Shown: positions 41,845 through 51,342 of the stretch, in pieces
Numbering within the stretch: position 1 is the first letter of the stretch
Layout of the letters: each line of letters starts with the position of its first letter
Assembly (NCBI GenBank): GCA_963663965.2
Contig: CAXXFK010000029.1
Location: 192,001-256,000 of the forward strand
Origin: Sedimentisphaerales bacterium
Lineage (GTDB): Bacteria > Planctomycetota > Phycisphaerae > Sedimentisphaerales > SM23-30
Length of the DNA: 64,000 nt
Direction: 5' to 3'
The notes under the pieces: model-generated
The model's input: only the letters and a program-made list of their open reading frames with translations
The model's database searches: none
What the model was told of the DNA's origin: nothing
Made by a program: the position numbers and the translations under genes

Positions 41845-43158
41845 TTATTCTTCAGACTGCCTGCGACGGTAACGTTCGTTTGAGGCGGGAATCAATGAGA
41901 TTGTCTCGTCCGAGTCTGAGAGTAATTTTTCGATTCCCAGCGATTTCCATTCATCGGCGTCGTTTAAAGAAAGTTGCAGGTCGCATTCATCGCAACGCCG
42001 GTTACAGAAGACCGGTTCATAGGAATCCGGCTCTTTGTAGGCGGTAATGACGCCCTCGTAATTTCTTAATACCACTTTGTTGGTAGACCAAGAGATCAGA
42101 TAGTTGGGCATAACGGGAATTTTACCACCCCCGCCAGGGGCATCAATGACATAGGTGGGTACGCAAAATCCACTGGTATGGCCGATGAGGCTTTCGAGGA
42201 TCTCGATTCCTTTGCCGATCGGTGTCCGGAAATGGGACAAACCTTCTGAAAGGTCACATTGATAAAGATAATAAGGGCGGACACGGTTAATGGCCAGTTT
42301 ATGAACCAGCGCTTTCATGATGCGCGGACAGTCGTTAACCCCTGCTAATAAGACCGATTGATTGCCGAGAGGGATTCCGGCATCCGCGAGTTTGGCGAGT
42401 GATTGCCTGGCCGAGAGGCTTAATTCCCGGGGATGATTAAAATGGGTATTGATCCAAAGCGGGTGATATTTTTTTAGGATAGAAACAAGGTTATCTGTGA
42501 TACGATAGGGCAGGACGACAGGAGTCCGGGTGCCAATACGAATGATTTCAACATGGTCAATTGCCCGCAACTCACTCAGAATCCAGTCCAGTCTTTCATC
42601 AGACAGCAGAAAAGGATCGCCGCCACTTAACAGGACGTCGCGAATTCTGGAATTTTGACGGATATACTCAATCCCCTGAGATATCTGAGGCCGGCTGGGA
42701 ATAGAGTCTTCATTGCCGACCCGTCGTTTCCGGGTACAATGCCGACAGTACATCGAACACATATTACTGACTAACAATAAAACACGGTCAGGATAACGAT
42801 GAGTGACACCAGGCACAGGACTATCATGATCTTCGTGTAAAGGATCAGCCATATCAGAACAGGAAGTATGAAGTTCCAATGGAGAAGGAAAAGACTGCAA
42901 AAAAATCGGATCGTTTTTGAGATTGTCAACATCGATCAGTGACAGATAATAGGGAGTGATTGACATGGGAAATTTTGCAGATGTTTTGTGGAACGCCTCT
43001 TTTGTATCCATATCCAATTCAACATCAAGAAGATTTTGGAACATGTCAATATTACGTATACAGTGTTGCATTTGCCAATGCCAGTCTCGCCAATTGGAAC
43101 CGGTGACTGTTCCATCAATGGCATCGATTATACGTTTCTGTTTTGTATTCAATTTCAT
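41845..43158 (-). CDS. ablA: Lysine 2,3-aminomutase (radical SAM)
   Basis: [23 protein letters not shown] (CX3CX2C), [15 protein letters not shown]; Cys-rich C-terminus CNRRCDEC; adjacent ablB. Confidence 0.96.
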   Translation of the reverse strand: MKLNTKQKRIIDAIDGTVTGSNWRDWHWQMQHCIRNIDMFQNLLDVELDMDTKEAFHKTSAKFPMSITPYYLSLIDVDNLKNDPIFLQSFPSPLELHTSCSDMADPLHEDHDSPVPGVTHRYPDRVLLLVSNMCSMYCRHCTRKRRVGNEDSIPSRPQISQGIEYIRQNSRIRDVLLSGGDPFLLSDERLDWILSELRAIDHVEIIRIGTRTPVVLPYRITDNLVSILKKYHPLWINTHFNHPRELSLSARQSLAKLADAGIPLGNQSVLLAGVNDCPRIMKALVHKLAINRVRPYYLYQCDLSEGLSHFRTPIGKGIEILESLIGHTSGFCVPTYVIDAPGGGGKIPVMPNYLISWSTNKVVLRNYEGVITAYKEPDSYEPVFCNRRCDECDLQLSLNDADEWKSLGIEKLLSDSDETISLIPASNERYRRRQSEE

Positions 43159-43623
43159 AATGAAAATCCTTTATTTAAATTCAAATCTTAGGGGATTAAT
43201 ACCTTGTAAGAAGTGATGTATTAGCGTGGGCAGCCCAGGAAGATTGGCGATTAAAATAAGATTGATATACCGATCGTAACAAACTTGAAAAGCAACAAAA
43301 AAACATAAGAGCTGAATTATAGCAGAAATAAAAGAAAATGCAAATTGACCACCAGACATTATGTATCAAAATATCAGAGTATTGGATATTAATGTAAAAA
43401 AAATTAGACATGATTTGATTTTGAATGGATTTAACGGGTATTAGGGGGTGTTAAAAAAAACAAGATATTCAAAGGAAAAATCATAAAAATGGGTAAAAGT
43501 TTGAAATTTGAGGTATTATTCATTAAACTTCCGATAAGTTAAAGTGCCTGATTGTTGTGAATCGAATCAAAAAATAAATTAACGCTAAAATAATAGACCC
43601 ATATTCAGTGTTAATGTTGATGT

Positions 43624-43728
43624 TAAATCCAATGGATATGAAAATTCCTGATTGCTCGCAAGATAAGTTTTTACCCAAGTATTACATATATCACAACCCA
43701 GCAGGCATTTTCAATTGTAATCAGTATA
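43624..43728. repeat. ERIC-like ~104-bp intergenic palindromic repeat, copy 4
   Basis: Closely matches copy 3: TGAAAATTCCTGATTGCTCGCAAGATAAGTTTTTAC...CCCAGCAGGCATTTTCAATTGTAATCAGTATA. Confidence 0.9.
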
Positions 43729-43811
43729 TATCCATTCGTTGCTGACAAGTATGGATGACTGAAAAAATCTGCCAGTTTAAAAAACTATTGAAATAAGGTT
43801 AAATAACCCTC

Positions 43812-44945
43812 ATGTATCATCGAATCAATACTCTTGTATTTGTTTTCATATTATTTCTTTTCTGGGATCATAGTCTCATTGCTTCTGATGATATGGTGAC
43901 TAAGTCTGAAGGCAAGGAGACGGTTCTGGATCCGAATTTTATTTATAGCGGAGTCGTTGTTCGCGTTAACGATGATGCCGTGACTTCTGCAGAGGTGCTG
44001 AAGTTATTAAGAAAGCAATTGAGTGAAATCGCAGGAGATATTAAGCGCGATAAAGAGGGGCATTTGAATCTGGAGGATTTTGTTCCCAAAGCGTTGGGAT
44101 TGGTGCAAAATGAAACCATGGCACATATTTATAATTTGCTAATTTATCAATTTGCCCGAAAAGATCTGGATAAGGTTGAAGGGATCGATAAGGCGATCGA
44201 AAAAATGCGCGAGGAGAAGCGTAAAGAAATTATTCTGCAATACGGAGGCAGTGAAACCAAGGCGCGCAAGGAATTGGCGTTGCGTGGAAGCACCATTGAG
44301 AAAGAACTGGAAAGTACGGAAAAGGAAATGGTGATCAGCGGTTATCGCGATAAACATTTCACCCCGACACTTAAGGTGACTCGCAGCCAGTTGCTGCAAT
44401 ATTACCGGTTACATTTAAAAGATAAGTTTACACAGGAAGCCACGATTGAATTTGAATTAATTGATATCTGGAAAAGCAAGAATAAGGAAGCAACGAAGGT
44501 GGCAGAGCGTGCGATGGCTGAATTGGAGGAGGGAACTGAGTTTGCCGAGGTGGCCAAAAAATACTCCAATGGTTATTACCGCGATAATGGCGGCCGATGG
44601 CGGCCCATGCATCCGGATTCGGTGCGAGATATTTATAAGCCCGTCGTTGAAGCATTAAAACAAACCGAACAGGGAGCGTTAACCGGCATTATCGAAACGG
44701 ATACTTCAGTATTTATTGGGCGGTTGATCGCTTACACCCCGGCGTCAGTCGCCCCGTTTTCTGAAGTGCAGAATGATATCTTTCTGGCCATCCGTGATCA
44801 GCGGTGGGATACCTACAGCGAAAATCTGGGAAATCGATTGTTGGCCGAAGCTGTTTTAGGGGATATTGATGGATTTATTAAAGCGACAGTATTGCTTGCA
44901 TTTGATGAATATGATCGTCATCTGCTGGCCGCAAAGGAGAATTAA
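43812..44945 (+). CDS. SurA/PpiC-type peptidyl-prolyl isomerase (periplasmic chaperone)
   Basis: Signal peptide; VVVRVNDDAVT; GTEFAEVAKKYS...NGG; PFSEVQ. Confidence 0.82.
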   Translation: MYHRINTLVFVFILFLFWDHSLIASDDMVTKSEGKETVLDPNFIYSGVVVRVNDDAVTSAEVLKLLRKQLSEIAGDIKRDKEGHLNLEDFVPKALGLVQNETMAHIYNLLIYQFARKDLDKVEGIDKAIEKMREEKRKEIILQYGGSETKARKELALRGSTIEKELESTEKEMVISGYRDKHFTPTLKVTRSQLLQYYRLHLKDKFTQEATIEFELIDIWKSKNKEATKVAERAMAELEEGTEFAEVAKKYSNGYYRDNGGRWRPMHPDSVRDIYKPVVEALKQTEQGALTGIIETDTSVFIGRLIAYTPASVAPFSEVQNDIFLAIRDQRWDTYSENLGNRLLAEAVLGDIDGFIKATVLLAFDEYDRHLLAAKEN

Positions 44946-45476
44946 ATGCAGCATAATAATCTCTGGGCGCCCTGGAGAATTGAATACTTGCGCGACTTGG
45001 AGAATAGTGAGCGCGATAAAGACAGGCCTGAGCCGGATTGTTTCATCTGTGCCTACCTGAAGGATGCCCCCGCGAAAGACCGGGAAAACCTGGTTTTATG
45101 GCGACGGCCTGGCATGGTTGTTTTAATGAATCGATTTCCTTATACTGGCGGGCATTTACTGATTGCTCCTGATAAGCATGTTGCGGAATTAAGTGACCTT
45201 AATGAGCCATCATTATTAAGTTTTATGACGCTTAGCCGCGATTGTCAAACGATACTTGGGGAGGTATTAAGGCCACATGGATTCAATGTCGGGATCAATT
45301 TTGGCCGATGCAGCGGAGCTGGATTGCCCGGGCATGTTCATTTGCATATTGTACCACGCTGGAATGGCGACACGAATTTCATGAGTGTTTCAGGTAATTC
45401 TCGGGTCATCAGTCAATCCCTGGATGAACTTTATGATGAGTTGATGGCTGCCGGACTAGCTCTCAATCTGCCGTGA
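44946..45476 (+). CDS. HIT-family hydrolase (Ap4A phosphorylase-like)
   Basis: LWAPWR, CFIC, NRFPY..GHL, GFNVG.N.G..GAG..HVHLHIVPRW.GD. Confidence 0.93.
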   Translation: MQHNNLWAPWRIEYLRDLENSERDKDRPEPDCFICAYLKDAPAKDRENLVLWRRPGMVVLMNRFPYTGGHLLIAPDKHVAELSDLNEPSLLSFMTLSRDCQTILGEVLRPHGFNVGINFGRCSGAGLPGHVHLHIVPRWNGDTNFMSVSGNSRVISQSLDELYDELMAAGLALNLP

Positions 45477-45599
45477 ATGATCAGAGATAAAACCTCTGGA
45501 AGTGGGATTGATGGGTATACTCGCATAGGTTATTGAAAATCAATAGATTAGGTTCGGGTTGGGATTCGGATACGGAATAAAACTATTTGAATTTCGTGG

Positions 45600-45627
45600 T
45601 AGACAAGCTTATCGAGAATGGTAAAAT
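45600..45627 (+). promoter_or_regulatory. Putative sigma70 promoter of the ClC gene
   Basis: TAGACA-N16-TAAAAT with a TG extended -10. Confidence 0.4.
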
Positions 45628-45716
45628 AACTTTTTGTCTGTTATTTGGTGAGTATTAACCGCTCAAAGTCTAGTTTTATCTTTTGCGATTCTAATTAAAA
45701 AAGTGAATATTTTACC

Positions 45717-47528
45717 ATGAATGAAGGTCAATCGACTCGTTTTGGCATTATCCCCATTCTGAAACAATTATTCGGCCGGGAAGAATCTTATCTGGTATCT
45801 GTTGCCGTATTTATCGGTGTGGCTACCGGGCTTGGCTCAGTTGGTTTTACCCGGTTGATCGAATGGGTTCATGATATCTGTTATGGAACAGAATCGCATG
45901 GCGGGTTATACAGCGGGCGATGGATACTTTTATTTATATTGCCGATGGCAGGGGCTTTACTGGTAGGAGCGATCACATTTTTCTTCGCCCGCGAGGCCAA
46001 AGGACATGGTGTCCCCGAAGTAATGGATGCCATTGCGCGCCGGGAAGGGAAAATCCGGTTGCGAGTGGCCATAGCCAAAGCGATTTCATCGGCATTAACC
46101 ATTGGCACCGGCGGTTCTGCCGGAACGGAAGGCCCCATCATTCAGATTGGCGCGGCGATTGGCTCGTTCAGCGGGCAGATTTTAAAAGTCAGTCGATACA
46201 ATATTCCTGTCATGGTGGGGTGTGGCGCCGCGGCTGGAATTTCGGCAATCTTTCATGCCCCGATTGCCGGGGTTTTATTTGCCATGGAGGTGTTTTTAAG
46301 GGAAATTAACTTAAAAAGCTTTTCACCTGTTCTGATCGCCTCAGTAATCAGTTCCGTAACCGTCAGCGCCATTATGGGGACTCATGAGGCGATATTCCCG
46401 TTGCTGCATATGAGTTCGGTCCATTTCAAGTGGTTGGAACTTGGTAATTATGTGGTGTTGGGTCTTGCCTGTGCTGCCATGGGAGTTTTATTTATCCGGG
46501 TATTATATGCGACAGAGGATTTGTTTGATCAAATCAAGATTCACCACATACTGAAGCCGGTTGTTGGCGCGTCAGGTCTGGGGCTGCTTGGTTTGGTCAT
46601 GGTATTCTGGCTGGGAGATTCGACCACCCATCAACCTTCCATTTATGGAAATGGCTACCCAGTGATCGGACATTGTATTGATGCGATGACCCATATTTCG
46701 CATGAATTACCGATGACTATCGGGATGATGCTGTTGCTGGTTATCTTGAAAATGGCATCCACCTGTTGCACGCTGGGTTCCGGTGGATCAGGCGGCGTGT
46801 TTGCACCATCACTTTTTATTGGCGCAGTTTTAGGTTATGCGCTAGGATTGATATTCCAGAGATTGGAAGTGTTTATTAATGTCAATCCATCGGTCTATGC
46901 CCTGGTGGGCATGGCTTCGGTGGTGGCGGCGACGACGCACGCTCCCATGGCGGCGATCGTGATATTATTCGAAATGACCCGTTCCTATCAGATTGTCATG
47001 CCGGCGATGTTTTCCGCGACAATTGCAGTGGTTGTGGCGCGTTGGATGTGCCGGGATTCCATCTATACCCTGAAATTACGTCGTCGCGGAGTGCATTACG
47101 AAACTATTGCGGATGCGGCGATTTTACGCCGTTTAACCGTACGTATGGTTATGAAGATGCATTATATTACCGTTCATGAGAATGAACCCTTGCGGGAAGT
47201 TATCAATAAAGCCATTGGTCAGGAACTGGCTGATTTCATCGTTGTGGATGAAGAAGGCCATTATAAAGGCATGGTATCGGCAGAAGACATGCGCGAGGCT
47301 CTTATGCAGCCTGAGAGTATACCGCTACTGGTAGCGGCCGATTTGATGCGCGAAAATATTCCGGCCGTCATCCCGGATGATTCCCTGGATAAAATTATGG
47401 CGATTTTGACTGAAAATCATGTCGATTCTTTACCCGTAATAAATCCCCGGAATGACAGGGAATTTATCGGTATGATCACCCGATCATCGCTGATGGACCG
47501 GTATCATGAGATATTAACAGGGCATTGA
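45717..47528 (+). CDS. ClC-family chloride channel/antiporter with C-terminal CBS pair
   Basis: GHGVPEV, GSAGTEGP, GGSGGVFAP; two CBS domains. Confidence 0.94.
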   Translation: MNEGQSTRFGIIPILKQLFGREESYLVSVAVFIGVATGLGSVGFTRLIEWVHDICYGTESHGGLYSGRWILLFILPMAGALLVGAITFFFAREAKGHGVPEVMDAIARREGKIRLRVAIAKAISSALTIGTGGSAGTEGPIIQIGAAIGSFSGQILKVSRYNIPVMVGCGAAAGISAIFHAPIAGVLFAMEVFLREINLKSFSPVLIASVISSVTVSAIMGTHEAIFPLLHMSSVHFKWLELGNYVVLGLACAAMGVLFIRVLYATEDLFDQIKIHHILKPVVGASGLGLLGLVMVFWLGDSTTHQPSIYGNGYPVIGHCIDAMTHISHELPMTIGMMLLLVILKMASTCCTLGSGGSGGVFAPSLFIGAVLGYALGLIFQRLEVFINVNPSVYALVGMASVVAATTHAPMAAIVILFEMTRSYQIVMPAMFSATIAVVVARWMCRDSIYTLKLRRRGVHYETIADAAILRRLTVRMVMKMHYITVHENEPLREVINKAIGQELADFIVVDEEGHYKGMVSAEDMREALMQPESIPLLVAADLMRENIPAVIPDDSLDKIMAILTENHVDSLPVINPRNDREFIGMITRSSLMDRYHEILTGH

Positions 47529-47555
47529 GGTCAATTCAGCATATTAAACTGGGAT

Positions 47556-48932
47556 TCAGTTTACAGTACGATATTTTTTTAGGAAGTATCGGTATTGATG
47601 GTAAGAAAGGCCCAGCAGGCGGGCGGCGCGGGCCTGGTTATTCTGGGTTGCGGAAAGGGCGTCGAGGATCAGGTGTTTTTTGTAGGTTTCGATTTTGTCG
47701 TAGAAACCCGTTAATTCGAAATCTGGTAGCGCCGGGTTGGGCATACCCAGATCCTCAGGGGTAATTTCGTTCGTTGTGTCTCGATAGGCGGCCCGTTCAA
47801 TAATGTTTTTCAACTCACGGATATTACCGGGAAAATGATAACGTTTCAGTACCGACAAGGCCGCCGGGCTGAGGTGTTTGCCGCCGAGTGAAGGGATTTC
47901 CTGCATAAACATATTTAAAAAGTATCTTGCCAGACGTTCGATATCGCCCTCACGATTCCGTAAAGGAGGAATATTGATTTCTTCGAAAGCCAGTCGGTCA
48001 TACAGATCATTGAGAAAGCTGCCTTGCTGCATTTTCTTTTTCAGGTCAACATTGGTAGCGGCAATAATTCGAGAACTGACTTTAATCTCATTGGTACCCC
48101 CGACTCGGGTAAAGGTACCGTATTCAACTACGCGCAGGATCTTCTGCTGGAAAGGGAGAGACATATTGCCGATCTCATCGAGGAAAAGCGTCCCTCCTGA
48201 GGCCAGTTCGAATTTACCATGTACTCTGCTGTCGGCGCCAGTATAGGCGCCTTTTTCATGACCAAATAACTCAGATTCAAGCAATGTATCAGTAAAAGCC
48301 GCACAGTTTACCACAATCATGGGGCGGTCGGAATCACCTGCGGCAGTATGGATGGCGCGAGCAACTAATTCTTTACCTGTTCCCCGTTCACCGGTGATCA
48401 GTACTGGACGGGGAATCGTGGCAATCCGGTCGATTCGATTAAGCACTTCGAGTATCTGAGGCGATTCTCCGACAATCTGATAACGTTGCCGGGCAGCCTG
48501 TTGCAATAACATGTTTTGTTCACGTAAAACCCGATTTCGATCCATTAAATTCAAATGGGGCTGGACTTTATAAAGCAGCGTTTTTACGCGGTCTGCCAAC
48601 CGTCCGGTTCGAACCAGAAAGTCATTTCCGCCGGCTTGGATAGCAAGCGCGGCAAGTTCGACATCTCCTTTTTCAGCAGCAACAACGACCGGCAGTTCCG
48701 GTCGGGTGGATCTGATCTTGGGTAATAAATCAATTCCCCTGACAGTACCATCTCCCAGTTCATAGTCTAAAACAATCAGATCCCACATTAAGCCGGACTG
48801 CAGGCGAGTTAGCAATTTGGCGCCGGAAAAGACTCTTTCAATCTGACACTGGCCGGCAGTTACCTTTTCAAACGTTTCGGCCAATTCTTCCAGGTCGTGA
48901 GAGGGTGTATCAAGGATTAAAAATTGTTTCAT
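47556..48932 (-). CDS. Sigma54-dependent activator: receiver domain plus PspF-like AAA+ and HTH (ORF extends to 48953)
   Basis: DLIVLDY receiver; RPVLITGERGTGKELVARAIH, ESELFGHEKGAYTGA, LFLDE, FPGNIRELKN, NQARAARLLGLSYHQYR. Confidence 0.92.
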   Translation of the reverse strand: MKQFLILDTPSHDLEELAETFEKVTAGQCQIERVFSGAKLLTRLQSGLMWDLIVLDYELGDGTVRGIDLLPKIRSTRPELPVVVAAEKGDVELAALAIQAGGNDFLVRTGRLADRVKTLLYKVQPHLNLMDRNRVLREQNMLLQQAARQRYQIVGESPQILEVLNRIDRIATIPRPVLITGERGTGKELVARAIHTAAGDSDRPMIVVNCAAFTDTLLESELFGHEKGAYTGADSRVHGKFELASGGTLFLDEIGNMSLPFQQKILRVVEYGTFTRVGGTNEIKVSSRIIAATNVDLKKKMQQGSFLNDLYDRLAFEEINIPPLRNREGDIERLARYFLNMFMQEIPSLGGKHLSPAALSVLKRYHFPGNIRELKNIIERAAYRDTTNEITPEDLGMPNPALPDFELTGFYDKIETYKKHLILDALSATQNNQARAARLLGLSYHQYRYFLKKYRTVN

Positions 48933-49086
48933 GATTTGATTATAGATAAACAACGATTAAATTAAAGTGAAATATAGTGATAATCATTAGGCATGTGGTG
49001 AAAAGTGTTACTTTTAATTAAGGTTCAATTAGGTATGAAATTTGTAACTGTTTTTAAAATAATGTGATATAAAAATCTGCGTCTAT

Positions 49087-49102
49087 TGGCATCCAATATG
49101 CT
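49087..49102 (+). promoter_or_regulatory. Putative sigma54 (-24/-12) promoter of the flotillin gene
   Basis: TGGCAT-CCAAT-ATGCT with GG-N10-GC spacing, 45 bp upstream of ATG 49148 and divergent from a sigma54 activator. Confidence 0.65.
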
Positions 49103-49147
49103 ATATCTCTTTGCAAGTATTTTAAACTTTATTTTAGGAGATATATC

Positions 49148-51313
49148 ATGTTCTTTGAATCGATTGAAAACTGGATGTGGATCAGTGCCGGTGTGATTTT
49201 TTTGATATTCAGTCCGTGGTTATTAGGTGTGAGGTATATTCCGCATAATAAAGTGGGGGTAGTAGAAAAATTATGGTCGTTTTCTGGATCTTTAAGAGAG
49301 GGGCGAATTCTCAGTCTGGCCGGACAGGCTGGTTATCAGGCGGAAATATTACGTGGTGGACTGCACTATATGCTGTTTCCGTGGCAGTATCGTATTCACA
49401 AGGAACCGCTGGTTCAGATACCGGAAGGCAGAATTGGTTATGTTTATGCCAGAGATGGCGGGCCATTACCGCCTACACAAACACTTGGTGTGACAATCGA
49501 CTGTAATCATTTTCAGGATGCCCGAGCCTTTTTATGCAATGGCGGCCAGCGCGGCCGGCAACGAGCGTTTCTTCGTGAAGGCGTTTATGCTTTGAATCTG
49601 GCCCTGTTTGTAGTGATCAGTGAAACCGAAGTTTATAACGGGCCGGGGAATAAAAAAGATCACGCTCAATTTGTTAACTGGCAATCACAATTGAATGCGA
49701 TGGATGGATTTACTCCAATTATTATTGGTCAGGTGCAGGATAACGATGATATTGGCATCGTGGTTGTTCATGATGGGCCGACAATTGAATCTGGTGAGAT
49801 CATCGCTCCAGAGGTGGCCTCATCTGACGAACAGGAAAATCATAATTATTTTCAGGACCCGGAACGGTTTTTGGAGCTGGGAGGACGGCGTGGTAAGCAA
49901 TTGCAGGTGTTGACCGATGGGACCTATTTCATTAACCGTTGGTTTGCCACAGTTGAAATCCGACCCAAGACATTGATCCCGATTGGGTATGTAGGCGTCG
50001 TTGTATCCTACCATGGCATAACCGGCCAGGATTTAACCGGATCCAATTTTCGTTACGGTGAACAGGTTGATCCCGGGCATCGAGGGGTATGGAAAAGGGC
50101 ATTGCCTCCCGGTAAGTATCCGCTAAATCCATACGCACTCAAAGTGGAATTGGTGCCAACGGTCAATTTTGTCCTGCGCTGGGTTACCGGCATGATGGAG
50201 CAGCATGAGTATGATAAAGATTTGAAAAGCATCGAATTGATTACTGCCGATGGTTATGAGCCGATGCTGCCCCTTTCCCTTGTGCTGCATATTGATTACG
50301 AAAAAGCACCGCGAGTTGTCCAGCGATTTGGCGATGTCAAACGATTGATCAGCCAAACTCTGGATCCCATTATTTCAGCCTATTTTCGTGATGTGGCACA
50401 GTCGACCCAGATGCTCGATTTTCTGACGCATCGTGAAGAAATCCAGCAACGGGCGACGGCAGAATTGAGTCGGCGCTTTCAGAACTATGATATTAATTGT
50501 ATTGCGGTCATGATAGGGCGTCCGGAAACGAAGAATCGTAATATGGCCGGTATTGATCCCATTGATGAATTGTTCGATCAATTAAGACAGCGGCGATTGG
50601 CTCATGAACAGATTCAGACCTACAATCAACAGGAAGAGGCCGCTATGAAGTTAAAAGAATTGAACAATGCCAGGGCGACCGCAGAGAAACAGCGCGAGCT
50701 GACCCAGACCCGAATTAATATTGATATTGCAGGGAACAGAGGTGAAGCTGAGTTAGCAGAAGCCCACCGGCTGGCCAAACGGGATATTGCCCGTGCCGCC
50801 GGTGAGGCTCGCGCCAAAGAACTACTGGGTAAAGGAGAGGCCGCCAGAGTCGGAAAGATTGGTCTGGCCGAGGCCGCCGTATCATTACAGAAAGTCAGGG
50901 CGTTAGGGGATCCCCGGTTATTTGCTTTGAATCTTGTCAGCGAAAAACTGTCTCAAAGCGCTCAACCTTTGGTGCCTGAACGTTTGTTAATGATGGGAGG
51001 TGGTACGGATGGTGGTAGTGATAGTAATGGCGCAATGGGACTATTCGGCAAAGTATTGACACTGTTACTTGCTGAACGGGGCGGAATGGAATTTATGAAG
51101 GATACCGATAATCCAGTGATTCAAGAATTAGATGATTATATTCAACATGAGAATGTCCAAGCAACGTCTGTTGAAGGAATATCAGAAAAAAGTCTGGGTC
51201 TTGATGAAGAAACGGGGCAGGGGTTGCAAAGCGAAGATTGTGCGGATGACGTTGAGGGTGAAACGCCCTCAGCGACTAAGGTTATAACTTCTGAACAACC
51301 CAATAGCGACTGA
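49148..51313 (+). CDS. SPFH/flotillin-like membrane protein
   Basis: AGGAG RBS; N-terminal TM; band-7 core (ITADGYEP..LSLVLHID..APRVVQRFG); Ala/Glu-rich coiled coil; acidic tail. Confidence 0.88.
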   Translation: MFFESIENWMWISAGVIFLIFSPWLLGVRYIPHNKVGVVEKLWSFSGSLREGRILSLAGQAGYQAEILRGGLHYMLFPWQYRIHKEPLVQIPEGRIGYVYARDGGPLPPTQTLGVTIDCNHFQDARAFLCNGGQRGRQRAFLREGVYALNLALFVVISETEVYNGPGNKKDHAQFVNWQSQLNAMDGFTPIIIGQVQDNDDIGIVVVHDGPTIESGEIIAPEVASSDEQENHNYFQDPERFLELGGRRGKQLQVLTDGTYFINRWFATVEIRPKTLIPIGYVGVVVSYHGITGQDLTGSNFRYGEQVDPGHRGVWKRALPPGKYPLNPYALKVELVPTVNFVLRWVTGMMEQHEYDKDLKSIELITADGYEPMLPLSLVLHIDYEKAPRVVQRFGDVKRLISQTLDPIISAYFRDVAQSTQMLDFLTHREEIQQRATAELSRRFQNYDINCIAVMIGRPETKNRNMAGIDPIDELFDQLRQRRLAHEQIQTYNQQEEAAMKLKELNNARATAEKQRELTQTRINIDIAGNRGEAELAEAHRLAKRDIARAAGEARAKELLGKGEAARVGKIGLAEAAVSLQKVRALGDPRLFALNLVSEKLSQSAQPLVPERLLMMGGGTDGGSDSNGAMGLFGKVLTLLLAERGGMEFMKDTDNPVIQELDDYIQHENVQATSVEGISEKSLGLDEETGQGLQSEDCADDVEGETPSATKVITSEQPNSD

Positions 51314-51342
51314 TTTTAACCGGTTAATCATTTGATTGTAAA

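Noticed and set aside
43160..43620. Possible lysine riboswitch or small ORFs upstream of ablA
   Set aside because: The region is AT-rich without recognisable L-box stems; the short ORFs look non-coding.
108..43728. Interpreting the dispersed repeat as a CRISPR array or integron attC sites
   Set aside because: The copies are kilobases apart with no spacers or cas genes, and they lack RYYYAAC/GTTRRRY ends and an integrase.
45505..45522. ATGGGTATA matching the repeat terminus in reverse
   Set aside because: Similarity does not extend beyond ~10 nt; not a fifth copy.
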